DNA of 61,606 nt, filler included. It is 6 parts of 6 records of this genome, joined end to end, with 100 filler letters (N's around TTAATTAATTAA, not from the genome) between each part and the next. Parts side by side here need not be neighbours in the genome. Positions count along the whole stretch, not along the records: positions 24,811 to 36,453 come from DRR723986_13241; positions 36,554 to 47,694 come from DRR723986_13242; 4 more parts are not named here. One strand, given 5' to 3'. The first letter of the stretch is position 1. The number at the start of each line of letters is the position of its first letter. The notes under the pieces were generated by a model. That model was not told where the DNA came from. It did not search any database and saw only the letters and a list, made by a program, of their open reading frames with translations. Position numbers and translations under genes: made by a program. This document shows positions 26,329-36,554 of the stretch, one piece after another.

Positions 26329-27357
26329 TTAAGGCAGCGCTGCTTTCAACTCGGTCAGGAACTCTTCGCGCGGCTTGATGTGTCCAGCCTGGATACCGAC
26401 CCGGGTCAGGATCGGCGGGTTCACTAGTCCGTCAAGCAGAGCTGCCTCATCATCATTGAGCTCCAGCATCGCTTCCAGAACGGTTGCCATCATCACTTCG
26501 GACGCCCGGGTTGCTCCGTCGTCGCATTTCAGCGCGACACCGAAACCAAGCTCGGGAATGGAAGCGCAGAAGACACCTTCGGCTCCGGTCTTGACGAACA
26601 CTCGGCCACGGAAAGCTTCCATCACCCTGGTGCAGAAACGGCCTGTCCCGGCAACCATGTAAGGTTCGTTGATGCAGGCATCAAACAGCCGTTCGGCAGC
26701 CTCTGCCCGAAGCGGCTCCAGCCCTTCCCCCGTTCCAAAGGCGGCAAAGGCGCGCGCAAAGCTGCGCAAGGGTGAAGCGTAGGTCGGGATTGAACAGCCG
26801 TCTGTTCCGCAGACATCCTCGGACAGAGTGTCGCCGGTCATCTGCTCCATCACGTTGCGAACTTCACGTTGCACAGGGTGTTCCGCGTTTACATAGCCGC
26901 GTGTCTCGACACCCATAACCTTTGCCAGGCCGAGGAAACCGGCATGTTTGCCTGAGCAGTTGTTGTGCAGGCCGCAGGGCGATTCATCAGCCAGGATAAG
27001 TTTGGCTGCATCTTCCATCCGCTGGGGCCACTGCGGGCCGCACTCGAGATTGTCTTCGGCAAGGCCTGCCTTCATCAGCATGACCCGTGCCGAATTGGCG
27101 TGAACTTCCTCGCCGTTGTGAGACGCACAGGCAAGTGCCAGTTCGGCATCTGAATAGTCGAGCGCTTCCGCCGCTCCCGATTCAACCAGGGGCAATGCCT
27201 GAAGTGCCTTGATGGCGGAGCGCGGAAACACCCGGGCTTCCACATTGCCGATACCGAAAACCAGCTTTCCGGCGCTATCGACGATCGCAATGCTGCCCCG
27301 ATGCAGGCTTTCGATCACGGTGCCGCGGGTGACGTCGACCAGAGCCGGATTGTCCAT
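26329..27357 (-). CDS. Rhizobium-type L-asparaginase (Asparaginase_II family)
   Basis: RSAIK, ASHNGE, NNCSGKHAG, DGCSIP, KTGAEG, KCDDG. Confidence 0.9.
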   Translation of the reverse strand: MDNPALVDVTRGTVIESLHRGSIAIVDSAGKLVFGIGNVEARVFPRSAIKALQALPLVESGAAEALDYSDAELALACASHNGEEVHANSARVMLMKAGLAEDNLECGPQWPQRMEDAAKLILADESPCGLHNNCSGKHAGFLGLAKVMGVETRGYVNAEHPVQREVRNVMEQMTGDTLSEDVCGTDGCSIPTYASPLRSFARAFAAFGTGEGLEPLRAEAAERLFDACINEPYMVAGTGRFCTRVMEAFRGRVFVKTGAEGVFCASIPELGFGVALKCDDGATRASEVMMATVLEAMLELNDDEAALLDGLVNPPILTRVGIQAGHIKPREEFLTELKAALP

Positions 27358-27392
27358 GAAGTTTCTCATTTCCAAGGTTTCACACTATCAGG

Positions 27393-28571
27393 CTAAGCGG
27401 ATTCGGCCCGGGCCGCAGTCAAAAATGCGGAAAGACGGGCGAGCGCTTCGTCGATCACGGCATCCTGCTTGCAGAAGCAGAAGCGAATGTAGCCCTCGGG
27501 CGCATCCGATCCATAAAAGGCAGACACGGGAACTGCCGCAACACCGGCGGCCGTGACCAGGGTTTCACACGCCTCGACATCAGTCCGTCCAAGCCCCAGC
27601 CCTTCGAACCCGCATGTCAGGAAGTAGGTTGCATTGCAAGGCAGAACGGAAAATCCGAGGGCGGCAAGGCCTGCCGCCATGCGGTCGCGCTTTGCGGCAA
27701 GGTCTTGCGACAGGCCATCGTAATAGCTGTCGTCCTTGCGCAGGCCATAGGCAACAGCCTTTTGCAGATGTGGCGGTGTCGTGAAGGTCACCCACTGGTG
27801 CGCCTTGGCAATCGGGTCCATAAGCGCGGCAGGCCCGGTGACATAGCCGACCTTCCAGCCGGTGAGCGAGAAGGTCTTGCCCGCAGAGCCGATCCGCACC
27901 GTGCGCTCGCGCATGCCGTCAAGCGCCATCAGCGGTGTGTGCCGATGACCGTCAAAGACGAGGTGCTCGTAGACTTCATCACAGATCGCATAGGCATCAT
28001 GCTGGCGGCAGAGAGAGGCGACCAACTCAAGCTCTTCGTCTGAAAACACCTTGGCCGTCGGGTTCATCGGGTTATTGATGAGAACTGCCTTGGTCCTGTC
28101 GGAAAAGGCTGCCTTGAGAGCTTCAGCATCCAGTGACCAGTTGGGCGGGGTCACCCTGACGCGCACGGGAATGCCGCCGGCCTGCTTCACCAGCGGCAGG
28201 TAGCAATCGTAGAGCGGTTCGATCAGCACGACCTCGTCACCCGGCGAGACCAGCGCGAAAATGCAATCCGCCAACGCCTCGGTCGCACCGGAAGTCACCA
28301 TCACTTCGGTTTGCGGATCGACCTCGAGACCGTAGAAACGGCGATTGGCCTCGGCAACGGCCTGGCGAAGGTCCGGTATTCCCAACATGGGCGGATATTG
28401 GTTCGGCCCCTGCAACAACGCATCAGCTGCCGCCTGCCGGATATCCACCGGCCCGTCGACATCTGGAAATCCCTGTCCGAGGTTCACGGCCCCATGCGCC
28501 ATTGCCAAGCGCGACATGGTCTCGAACACGGTGGTGGCAATGCCGGTGAAGACCGGATTGGTCGGCTTCAT
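27393..28571 (-). CDS. PLP-dependent aminotransferase class I/II (YbdL/kynurenine aminotransferase-like)
   Basis: NLGQGFPD, TSGATEA, NPMNPT, DEVYEH, SAGKTFSLTGWKVG. Confidence 0.92.
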   Translation of the reverse strand: MKPTNPVFTGIATTVFETMSRLAMAHGAVNLGQGFPDVDGPVDIRQAAADALLQGPNQYPPMLGIPDLRQAVAEANRRFYGLEVDPQTEVMVTSGATEALADCIFALVSPGDEVVLIEPLYDCYLPLVKQAGGIPVRVRVTPPNWSLDAEALKAAFSDRTKAVLINNPMNPTAKVFSDEELELVASLCRQHDAYAICDEVYEHLVFDGHRHTPLMALDGMRERTVRIGSAGKTFSLTGWKVGYVTGPAALMDPIAKAHQWVTFTTPPHLQKAVAYGLRKDDSYYDGLSQDLAAKRDRMAAGLAALGFSVLPCNATYFLTCGFEGLGLGRTDVEACETLVTAAGVAAVPVSAFYGSDAPEGYIRFCFCKQDAVIDEALARLSAFLTAARAESA

Positions 28572-28747
28572 GGTTCCTCCCGAGCGTCTTTTCGCCGGTT
28601 CTAATCCTACCCGCGTTTGCCGTCGAGCTTTTTCATCTGAACGAGGCCCAGGCGCAGTTCGACCACCACGTGTCACATGAGTGTCGTTGACTCAGTCCAT
28701 CACCCGCAGTCAGATAGGTTCCGCATCGGAACCTTGGCGGAGGAAAC

Positions 28748-30535
28748 GTGATGCTCGGTGTGATTATTGGAATTGTGGCAATCCTTCTGGGAGCCAGCAT
28801 CATTCTTCGGCGAGCCGGGGTTCCCGCCGGCGGTCACAGGCTGGTTCAAATTTTTTCGAGCCGGTTCATGGGCATCATTCTGGTGCTGATCGGCAGCTTC
28901 ATGCTCCTGTCCTCTTCCTTCATCTTGGTGGACGCCAACAGTGTTGGTCACCTGAAGAGGATCTATGCGTTCGAGGAGTTGCCTGAGGGCCGCATCCTTG
29001 CCCTGGACGGCGAAAAAGGCCCGCAAGCCCAGATCCTCGGGCCCGGCTTTCATTTCATTCCGCTTGTCCGGGTGCTCTACGATTTCGAGGAATGGGACGT
29101 CGTCACCATTCCCGAAGGCTATTATGGCCAGTTGACCGCACTCGACGGCGACGCCATGCCCTCAGGCATGTTCATGGCACCGGCAATTGCAGACGCAGAT
29201 GTCGGCGACATGCTGAAGGCCGACAGCTTCCTGACAAAGGGCGGTCTGCGCGGACCGCAGGAAACGGTGCTGAAGCCCGGACAATACCGTCTGAACCGGT
29301 ATCTCTTCGACATTCGCCTCGATGAGAATACCAACGCGACGATTATCCCCGCCGGGCATGTGGGTGTGGTCAAGTCCAACGTCAGCCAGCCCGGCATCAA
29401 TTGCATCGAGGAAGAAGTCTCTGCCTCCTCTGTTTCCCGCGAGGCGCTTACCGTTCCCCTGGTACCCAGGGGCTGCGTCGGCATCTGGAAGGACCCGCTC
29501 TTCCCCGGGGCCTATTACCTCAACCGGCAGGCCTATGAAGTGACGCTGGTCGATACCCGCGTCCAGACCTGGGAATACAAGGGCGGCTACGTAAAACGCA
29601 TCATCGATCTCTCGGTCGATCAACAGGGCAATATCCAGCAGAACGAACGGTCCGTGCAGGAACAGATCCCCAGCGACGCCGCCGACCGGGCGGTCTACGT
29701 CAAGGTGGAAGGCTGGGACATTCCCCTGGAACTGCGCGCCCTCGTCCAGGTCGACCCTGACAATGCACCCGTGGTCGTCGGCTCCGTCGGTGGACTGGAG
29801 GAGATTGAAAACCGCATCCTGACACCGGCCATTCGCTCGATCGTGAGGAACGTCGCCGGTGCCTCGATCCGCGTGCAGGACAAGAATGCCGACGGGACGC
29901 CGGTGCAGCCCGCGACCTACACCGTGCGCCCGACCAAGGTTCTGGATCTCATCGAAAACCGCGATGCACTGGAACAGACCATCGAGCAGCAGATCAAGAT
30001 CGAAGGCAACAAGGCCGGCGTCGACATTCGCGAGATCCGTCTCGGTGAACCGGCCATCCCGCCGGAACTGCTGGTTTCCCGCCTGCGCGTGCAATTGGCC
30101 GATCAGCTATCCACCGCCTACGAACGCGAAACGGATGCGCAGCAAAAACGCATCGAAACGGAACAGGCACGTTCCACGGCGGACGAACAGCCCCGTCTCG
30201 TGGAAGCCCAGATAGCTGTGCAGGTGGCCAATCAGCGCGAACAGGAACGCGCGGCCCTCGGTCGCGCCGAGCGCCAGTATCTGGAGGAACTTGCCCGAGG
30301 CCAGAGAGCGCAGGTCGACGTTCTCGGCCAGGACCGCGTAGCCCTGCTGCAGGCGCTGGAGAAACTGCTGACCTCGCTGGAACGCAAACCGGAGCTGGTC
30401 GGCCTCGTCGGCAAGCTTGTTCCCAATACAGTTGTCGGTGGAGACAGCGGCTTTGCCGGTGCGGCCGCCCTTCTCGGTGCAAGCCTGGGACAGGCCCAGC
30501 AACCGGCAGCTAACCGTACATCCGGCGGGCAGTAG
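28748..30535 (+). CDS. SPFH/band-7 domain membrane protein with N-terminal beta repeats
   Basis: Two N-terminal TM helices, three G.Q...L.PG.(Y/F) repeats, SPFH core (PAIRSIVRN..RDALEQ..GVDIREIRL), C-terminal coiled coil. Confidence 0.82.
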   Translation: MMLGVIIGIVAILLGASIILRRAGVPAGGHRLVQIFSSRFMGIILVLIGSFMLLSSSFILVDANSVGHLKRIYAFEELPEGRILALDGEKGPQAQILGPGFHFIPLVRVLYDFEEWDVVTIPEGYYGQLTALDGDAMPSGMFMAPAIADADVGDMLKADSFLTKGGLRGPQETVLKPGQYRLNRYLFDIRLDENTNATIIPAGHVGVVKSNVSQPGINCIEEEVSASSVSREALTVPLVPRGCVGIWKDPLFPGAYYLNRQAYEVTLVDTRVQTWEYKGGYVKRIIDLSVDQQGNIQQNERSVQEQIPSDAADRAVYVKVEGWDIPLELRALVQVDPDNAPVVVGSVGGLEEIENRILTPAIRSIVRNVAGASIRVQDKNADGTPVQPATYTVRPTKVLDLIENRDALEQTIEQQIKIEGNKAGVDIREIRLGEPAIPPELLVSRLRVQLADQLSTAYERETDAQQKRIETEQARSTADEQPRLVEAQIAVQVANQREQERAALGRAERQYLEELARGQRAQVDVLGQDRVALLQALEKLLTSLERKPELVGLVGKLVPNTVVGGDSGFAGAAALLGASLGQAQQPAANRTSGGQ

Positions 30536-30558
30536 TCCGGATCAGCGGATTGGCCCGC

Positions 30559-31251
30559 CTAGCTCGGGCCATCCCCGGTATCCTTGTCCTTCTCACCCAG
30601 GACGGCGCGCAAGGCCTCCTCCACCCGAGGCACCAGATCCCAGTGCCGCTCGTGAAGGTAATGATAGAAGGCATATTCCTTGCGGCTGGACGGGAGAGAA
30701 TAAGCATCCTCAAGACCGAACCTCTCTATCATCTCCTTCGCCCTCAACTCGCGGACGAAAACCAGATCGAGCCGCTTCTGTTTCAGCATTAGAAACAGCT
30801 GCTCCGGTTCTTCAGCCGACCAGACTTCTGCAAATCCGCTGGCCGCCATTTCGCCAAAGACAGCCCCGCGCACATGCCCTGCCCGCAGGGATTTAAGATC
30901 CTCCAGGGATTTGTCCTTCAGGTCTGCGCGGTTGGTGTAGCCATAGGCCACAACAGAAAGCAGCGGCACATCCACCCTGACGAGGGTGGGATAACGGTCC
31001 CCCACAGAGCCGATCCGGATTACTTCGCCATCGGTTTTACCGGAGGTGGATTCCACCAGCGCCCGGCTTGGCGTGTTTTCGACAATCTCCAGTTCGATCC
31101 CAAGGCTCGAATAGGCTTTCTGCAGATATCCGACCGCCACCGGGGTCAAACCGGGAGCCTCAAACCCGGACAGCACAATTCTCTCGCCCGCGGAAGCGGC
31201 AGTAGCCAGAAGGAACCCGGCCAGCAGACAGATGAGCCTCTTCGTGCGCAT
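30559..31251 (-). CDS. Periplasmic solute-binding protein (family 3-like)
   Basis: Signal peptide; RAL..S..GKTDGE..RI; YHYLHE.H.DLVPR. Confidence 0.78.
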   Translation of the reverse strand: MRTKRLICLLAGFLLATAASAGERIVLSGFEAPGLTPVAVGYLQKAYSSLGIELEIVENTPSRALVESTSGKTDGEVIRIGSVGDRYPTLVRVDVPLLSVVAYGYTNRADLKDKSLEDLKSLRAGHVRGAVFGEMAASGFAEVWSAEEPEQLFLMLKQKRLDLVFVRELRAKEMIERFGLEDAYSLPSSRKEYAFYHYLHERHWDLVPRVEEALRAVLGEKDKDTGDGPS

Positions 31252-31298
31252 AGTGTTCCTCGCAGCGTCTCGTCGGCCGTGCAGCCCGCGTAAAACCT

Positions 31299-32042
31299 TC
31301 AGCTCAAGCCGGTCTTGTGCAGAACGTGTCCATCTTTCTCCGGCGTCGTCTCACCGACACCGTCGGTTTCCTCACCCCCTGGCACCGCCAGCATTCTTTT
31401 CAGAACGGCCTCGATCCTGGGCACCAGATCCGCATGTTTTTCATGCAGATAGTGATAGAATGCGACCTCCTGCAAAGACGGTCGCAACGGGAAGACACCC
31501 ACCAGCTTGCGGTCGCGGATAATGCGCCGCCCCGTGCTCTCCCCGGCAATGACTAGGTCGATCCGGTCCCGCTGGAGCATCTCGAACAATTGTTCGGGCG
31601 TATCTGCGGTCCATACCTCGGCAAACCCATCTGCCAGTTCAGCGGCGAACCGTGCGCCCGCCACATGGCCGACCCGCAAATGCCGGAGCTGCTTGAAGGA
31701 CTTGCCGCGAAGCTGAGGCTTGTTCGCATAGGCAAAGGTCCGAGCCAGGATAATCGGAACATCGACACGTAACAGGCTGCTGTGATCGGCTTCGATGGTC
31801 CTGATCCGCACCAGTTCACCGTCGGTCTTGCCGGAAGCTGAATCCAGCAGTGCCCTGCGAGGGCTGGTGATAACCGTCTGGATGCGGATGCCTAACTCCC
31901 CATAAGCCTGACTTAGAATACTCTCGGCGACGGGGGTCAGGTTTGGGGCTTCAAAACCGGACAGCTTGAGAACGTCCTGTGCCCGGGCGCTGGACATCAG
32001 AAGAAGAACGCTCAGCATGGCGCAAAACATGTGCCGATGCAT
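31299..32042 (-). CDS. Periplasmic solute-binding protein (family 3-like), paralog of the adjacent gene
   Basis: Shares LSGFEAP.LTPVA, SGKTDGE, GFAEVW, PEQLF.ML, AFYHYLHE with 30559-31251. Confidence 0.78.
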   Translation of the reverse strand: MHRHMFCAMLSVLLLMSSARAQDVLKLSGFEAPNLTPVAESILSQAYGELGIRIQTVITSPRRALLDSASGKTDGELVRIRTIEADHSSLLRVDVPIILARTFAYANKPQLRGKSFKQLRHLRVGHVAGARFAAELADGFAEVWTADTPEQLFEMLQRDRIDLVIAGESTGRRIIRDRKLVGVFPLRPSLQEVAFYHYLHEKHADLVPRIEAVLKRMLAVPGGEETDGVGETTPEKDGHVLHKTGLS

Positions 32043-32279
32043 TCCGCCCTCCTTATGCTGCCTGCACGACAATTTCGTTCAAAACAAGCCGTTCAACTAC
32101 GGCCACGTCTTCCGCAGTCCGGTATCTAGAGCAATAACCCTACGGGACAATTTGCAGACTTTCGAAGCTGATTGCAATGCGGTTGTACAATCTATTGAGA
32201 ATAACCAATAACGTGCGCTTACACGCCTCTCCATCTGCCAGTCAGGAAAAGACTTCAAGGATCGAAAGATTTGGCAACG

Positions 32280-33032
32280 TTAGGAGCGCGAGCCGTAATA
32301 GTCCTCTGCAATCTTGTCGATGAAGCCTTCGTCGACTAGCTCCTTGATGACACGGTTCAGTTCATCGAGCTTTGCCGCCCAACCCGATTTCTTGGAAACA
32401 CCGAGATACAGGTCGACCGAGTTTCCCGGATTATACGGCGCCTTTTCAATCTTGTCGGCGAACCCCTGGCGTTTGATCAGGTAGTCCACCTGGCAATCCG
32501 TACCGATCATGATACCGAAACGCCTCTTCATCAGCATGTCGATCAGGATCTGCTCCTGCGCAACGCCGACCTTGTCCAATGACCGGTCCTTGTCGAACCT
32601 TTCGAAGTAGGCCGAATGCAACACGTAGCCGACCTGGTATGGCGCCAGGTCTTCGTAGCTCCGGATCTTATCGGCCTGTCCCTTGATGGTGTAGAAGGCG
32701 GTCGTGCATCTGAAATAAGGCGTATCGGTATAGGCGATATATTCTGCCCGGTCCGGACGGAAAGCCAGCCCGGTCATGACATCGACGCCGCCCCCTTGCA
32801 TCTCGGTGAGCGCCCGCCCCCAGGGCAGTTTGGCAATCCGGAGTTCGGCTTCTGTGCGCCTGGCAACTTCGTCCATCAGGTCCAGATCCAGCCCGATGAA
32901 GGTATCTCCCTCCGAAATCCGGAAGGGCGGCCAGTCATCGGTGGCCATGATCATCTCGTCCGCGCGTGCGGCGCCTGCTGACACCGCAAGCAAAAAGGAA
33001 AAAGCAACGCAACAGATACGAGAAATTGACAC
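32280..33032 (-). CDS. Periplasmic solute-binding protein (family 3)
   Basis: Signal peptide, DDWPPF, GLDLDL, PWGRAL..MQGG.VD, RAEY. Confidence 0.85.
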   Translation of the reverse strand: MSISRICCVAFSFLLAVSAGAARADEMIMATDDWPPFRISEGDTFIGLDLDLMDEVARRTEAELRIAKLPWGRALTEMQGGGVDVMTGLAFRPDRAEYIAYTDTPYFRCTTAFYTIKGQADKIRSYEDLAPYQVGYVLHSAYFERFDKDRSLDKVGVAQEQILIDMLMKRRFGIMIGTDCQVDYLIKRQGFADKIEKAPYNPGNSVDLYLGVSKKSGWAAKLDELNRVIKELVDEGFIDKIAEDYYGSRS

Positions 33033-33295
33033 AACAACAACCCCAAATAATCAGAGAATTAAAGTTGTTACCCAATTTCATCAAATATTATCGCTCGTAT
33101 TATTGCAACATCGTAAATTGTATCCAGCAAGAACCAACCCTTCTTCCTTAACGGAAAACTCCTGTCACACACGCGCTTTACTGGCTCAACAGGCAACCAT
33201 CGAGCCTTTACCAAGGAAGAACCCCGGTCAACGCATGGCTGCTCCTGCCTGGCCTGCCTTGCTGCGTTGCAAAAAATCGATTAGAAGGTGGCAAC

Positions 33296-33309
33296 TTGAT
33301 CCAGGTCAA
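33296..33309. promoter_or_regulatory. FNR/FixK-type box upstream of sulP
   Basis: TTGAT-CCAG-GTCAA, one mismatch to TTGAT-N4-ATCAA. Confidence 0.55.
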
Positions 33310-33419
33310 AAGTGGAAATCCGGGCAGGGATTGGCGCTGACCTAAAAAACCACACCAAATATCCGGAGCAGCCCGTGTCAGCACGCGCGGAGGCCGTTGC
33401 GCCTGAACAACCGTTGAAA

Positions 33420-34958
33420 ATGGATGCGTCCCGCATCAAAACCGAACTTCTGGCCGGGCTTACAGTTGCCCTGGCGCTCGTTCCCGAAGCCGTGGCCTTT
33501 GCCTTTGTTGCCGGCGTCAATCCGCTGGTAGGTCTCTACGCAGCGTTCTTTGTCGGTCTGATTACGGCCTGTATCGGTGGCCGTCCCGGCATGATTTCCG
33601 GCGCGACCGGCGCACTGGCCGTGGTGATGGTCTCGCTCGTCAGCCAGCACGGGGTGGAATACCTTTTCGCTACCGTCGTGCTGATGGGCCTCATTCAGAT
33701 CGTGGTGGGCTTGCTGAAGTGGGGCAAGTTCATCCGCATGGTGCCCCATCCGGTCATGCTTGGTTTCGTTAACGGCCTTGCGATCGTGATCTTCCTTGCA
33801 CAGCTCGGCCAGTTCAAGGTTCCAGATGGAGCTGGCGGACTGACATGGATGGAAGGCTCCCAGCTGTATTTGATGCTCGGCCTGATCGCCCTCACCATGG
33901 CTGTTATCTGGTTCCTGCCCAAGATCACATCGTCTTTCCCTGCGCCGCTTGCAGGCATTCTGGTTGTCTCCGCGCTCGTGCTCGGCTTCAATCTCGACAC
34001 CCGCTCGGTTGGCGATCTCGCCTCGATCGCCGGCGGCCTGCCGGATTTCCACATTCCCATGGTGCCGCTGACGCTCGACACATTGCAGATCATCCTGCCT
34101 TATGCCGTGATCCTGGCAGCCATCGGCCTCATTGAATCCCTGCTGACGTTGAACCTCGTGGCTGACCTGACGGGCACCAAGGGCGGCGCGTCCAAGGAAT
34201 GCCTTGCACAGGGCACAGCGAACGTCGTGACCGGCTTTTTCGGTGGCATGGGTGGTTGCGCCATGATCGGGCAGTCCATGATCAACGTGAAATCCGGTGC
34301 ACGCACCCGGATTTCCGGCATTTCCGCAGCTCTTTTCCTGCTGTCCTTCATCGTCATCGCTTCGCCCTTGATCGAACGGATCCCGGTCGCGGCCCTGGTC
34401 GGCGTAATGTTCATGGTGGTCATCGGCACCTTCGCGTGGACCAGCCTGAAGATCATGCACAAGATCCCGCCGATCGACGCGCTTGTGATGGTCATTGTCA
34501 CCTGCGTCACCGTTTATTCGGATCTCGCGGTCGCTGTTGTCGTCGGTGTGATCATCTCCGCGCTTGCTTACGCCTGGAATGCAGCCAGCCGGATCCGTGC
34601 CCGCATCGGCACCAGCAAGGAAGGCTGGAAGGTCTATCGTCTGACCGGCCCGCTGTTCTTCGGCTCCACCACCGGCTTTGCCGATCTCTTCGATCCATTG
34701 AACGATCCCGAGGACGTCGTCGTCGACTTCATCGACAGCCGCGTGGTGGATCATTCCGGCCTGGAAGCAATTGACGCCCTCGCCTCGAAATACCTTGCTG
34801 CTGGCAAGCGCCTGCACCTGCGCCACCTGTCGCCGGACTGCAAGAAGCTGCTGGCCAAGGCTGGCGACCTTGTCGAAGTCTCGGTCCTTGAAGATCCGGA
34901 TTACGAGATTGCCGTGGACTACGGTCACACGTTCGACCGGGCAGAAAAGCCTTCCTGA
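33420..34958 (+). CDS. SulP family inorganic anion transporter with STAS domain
   Basis: LALVPEAVAF, GGRPGMISGATGA, GCAMIGQS, GPLFFGS, DHSG; start may be slightly upstream. Confidence 0.93.
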   Translation: MDASRIKTELLAGLTVALALVPEAVAFAFVAGVNPLVGLYAAFFVGLITACIGGRPGMISGATGALAVVMVSLVSQHGVEYLFATVVLMGLIQIVVGLLKWGKFIRMVPHPVMLGFVNGLAIVIFLAQLGQFKVPDGAGGLTWMEGSQLYLMLGLIALTMAVIWFLPKITSSFPAPLAGILVVSALVLGFNLDTRSVGDLASIAGGLPDFHIPMVPLTLDTLQIILPYAVILAAIGLIESLLTLNLVADLTGTKGGASKECLAQGTANVVTGFFGGMGGCAMIGQSMINVKSGARTRISGISAALFLLSFIVIASPLIERIPVAALVGVMFMVVIGTFAWTSLKIMHKIPPIDALVMVIVTCVTVYSDLAVAVVVGVIISALAYAWNAASRIRARIGTSKEGWKVYRLTGPLFFGSTTGFADLFDPLNDPEDVVVDFIDSRVVDHSGLEAIDALASKYLAAGKRLHLRHLSPDCKKLLAKAGDLVEVSVLEDPDYEIAVDYGHTFDRAEKPS

Positions 34959-34985
34959 CGCACGCTTTTCCAAGCGCGACAAACC

Positions 34986-35019
34986 AAGACCCGCGCGGTT
35001 GCCCCGTGCGGGTCTTTTT
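34986..35019 (+). terminator. Rho-independent terminator after sulP
   Basis: AAGACCCGCGCGG-TTGCC-CCGTGCGGGTCTTTTT. Confidence 0.8.
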
Positions 35020-35130
35020 GTATCTGAAACAGGTTTCAAGCTTCCTGTGCTGTTCCCCGATTGCTACGCGCGGCGTAATTTGAAAGAGATATCGGCTTAC
35101 GACGACACAACTCACAATCGGGACGTCACG

Positions 35131-36453
35131 GTGCCAGCACGCAGGAAACTCTTCATCACACCGACCCTTGCTTCCGTCATCGGCAGTTTCGTGCTGGTGA
35201 CCGCGGCTGCGATCCTCTTCATCCAGGCCGTCACTTCTTCGGAAGTCGTCAGGAGAATGGGCGGTGAGTTGGTCGATATCGGCATGGATGCAGCCGAAAC
35301 GGCGTTTGTCGAGCAGCTTCATGCCATCACCGAAACTGCCGAATTCACCCGGCTAACCTATGAGCGCAAGGAACTGCCGGTCGATGATCCTGATCTCATC
35401 CTGTCTTACCTTTACGGCGCGCTCGCCCCGATGGAGCAGGTCTCCTTTCTGGTTCTGGTAGACGAAAATGGCGAAGGCGTTGATGTCGACAGAGGCGATG
35501 CGGACGGCAAGCTGCTGGGCGGCAACGTCAATCTGGCGAAGGATATTCCGATCCTGGCTCCGCTGGCGGAACGCGCGAAAAAGCAGTCTGGTGCTTTCTG
35601 GAGCGAGCCGTTCTACATGCCGAACCGCGAGCACACCTATTACGTCTTTGTGCGCCCGCTGCATGATGGCAAGACCTACCGTGGCAGCCTGATGATCGGC
35701 ATGTCGCTCGACAGAATGTCCGAAATCACCTGGCACGTTTCGACAGACGACATAACCGTCTTTCTCATGAAGGAGGGATCAGACGAAATCGTCGCCCATC
35801 CCGACCTTCACAAATCCTTCGATGACCTGACAGCAGAAATGCCTCTTCTGAATGTCGATCGTTTGCCCGATGCCTTTCTGGCCGGCTTCAAGGACATGCC
35901 GAGAGTCAAGAATGAGTCCTTCGACATTTCCGAGAAGCTGGCTGTCTATTCCGGCACTGCCCCTGACGGCGCCGAACGGTTCGTGATCCTTGAACAGAAG
36001 AACGAAAACCTTTTGGGTCTTCCGGTCAGGATCGGTGTTCACTTTCCTGCCGAGTACCTTTCCCAGCCGCTGAAACAACTGCTGATGGCGCTACTTGTTG
36101 GTGGCGGACTGCTCGTCCTGTCCCTGCTTGGCGCGGTTTTGCTGGCGAGACGGATTGCAAGACCGGTGCAACGTGCTTCGGTCGCGGCAAGAGAAGTGGC
36201 GGATCTGAACCTTTCGACCGTAGCCCCGCTGCCTTCCAGCATCATCCGGGAACTGGACGACCTGTCCAAGGGCTTCAATGCCATGTTAGGCGGCTTGAAA
36301 GCCTTCAATCGCTACGTTCCGGGCACACTTGTCAGGAAACTTCTGAGCGAAGGCCGGGCGGATGCCCCGCCGGAAGAAAGGGAGGTTGCAGTGCTGTTCA
36401 CCGACATCGCCGGCTTCACCTCGGCCTCCGAAGGCATGACGGCAACCGAAACC
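35131..36453 (+). CDS. Membrane adenylate/guanylate cyclase (Cache-like sensor, HAMP, class III cyclase), 3' truncated
   Basis: TM, periplasmic domain with FWSEPFY, TM, HAMP (IARPV..ELDDL..GFNAM), FNRYVP, VLFTDIAGFT. Confidence 0.88.
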
Positions 36454-36554
36454 NNNNNNNNNNNNNNNNNNNNNNNNNNNNNNNNNNNNNNNNNNNNTTA
36501 ATTAATTAANNNNNNNNNNNNNNNNNNNNNNNNNNNNNNNNNNNNNNNNNNNNC

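Noticed and set aside
33378-35039. 553-aa ORF antisense to sulP, and similar long antisense ORFs at 29162-30094, 49067-50032, 11572-12393 and 3373-4110
   Set aside because: Shadow frames of GC-rich genes with strong codon bias; no recognisable motifs
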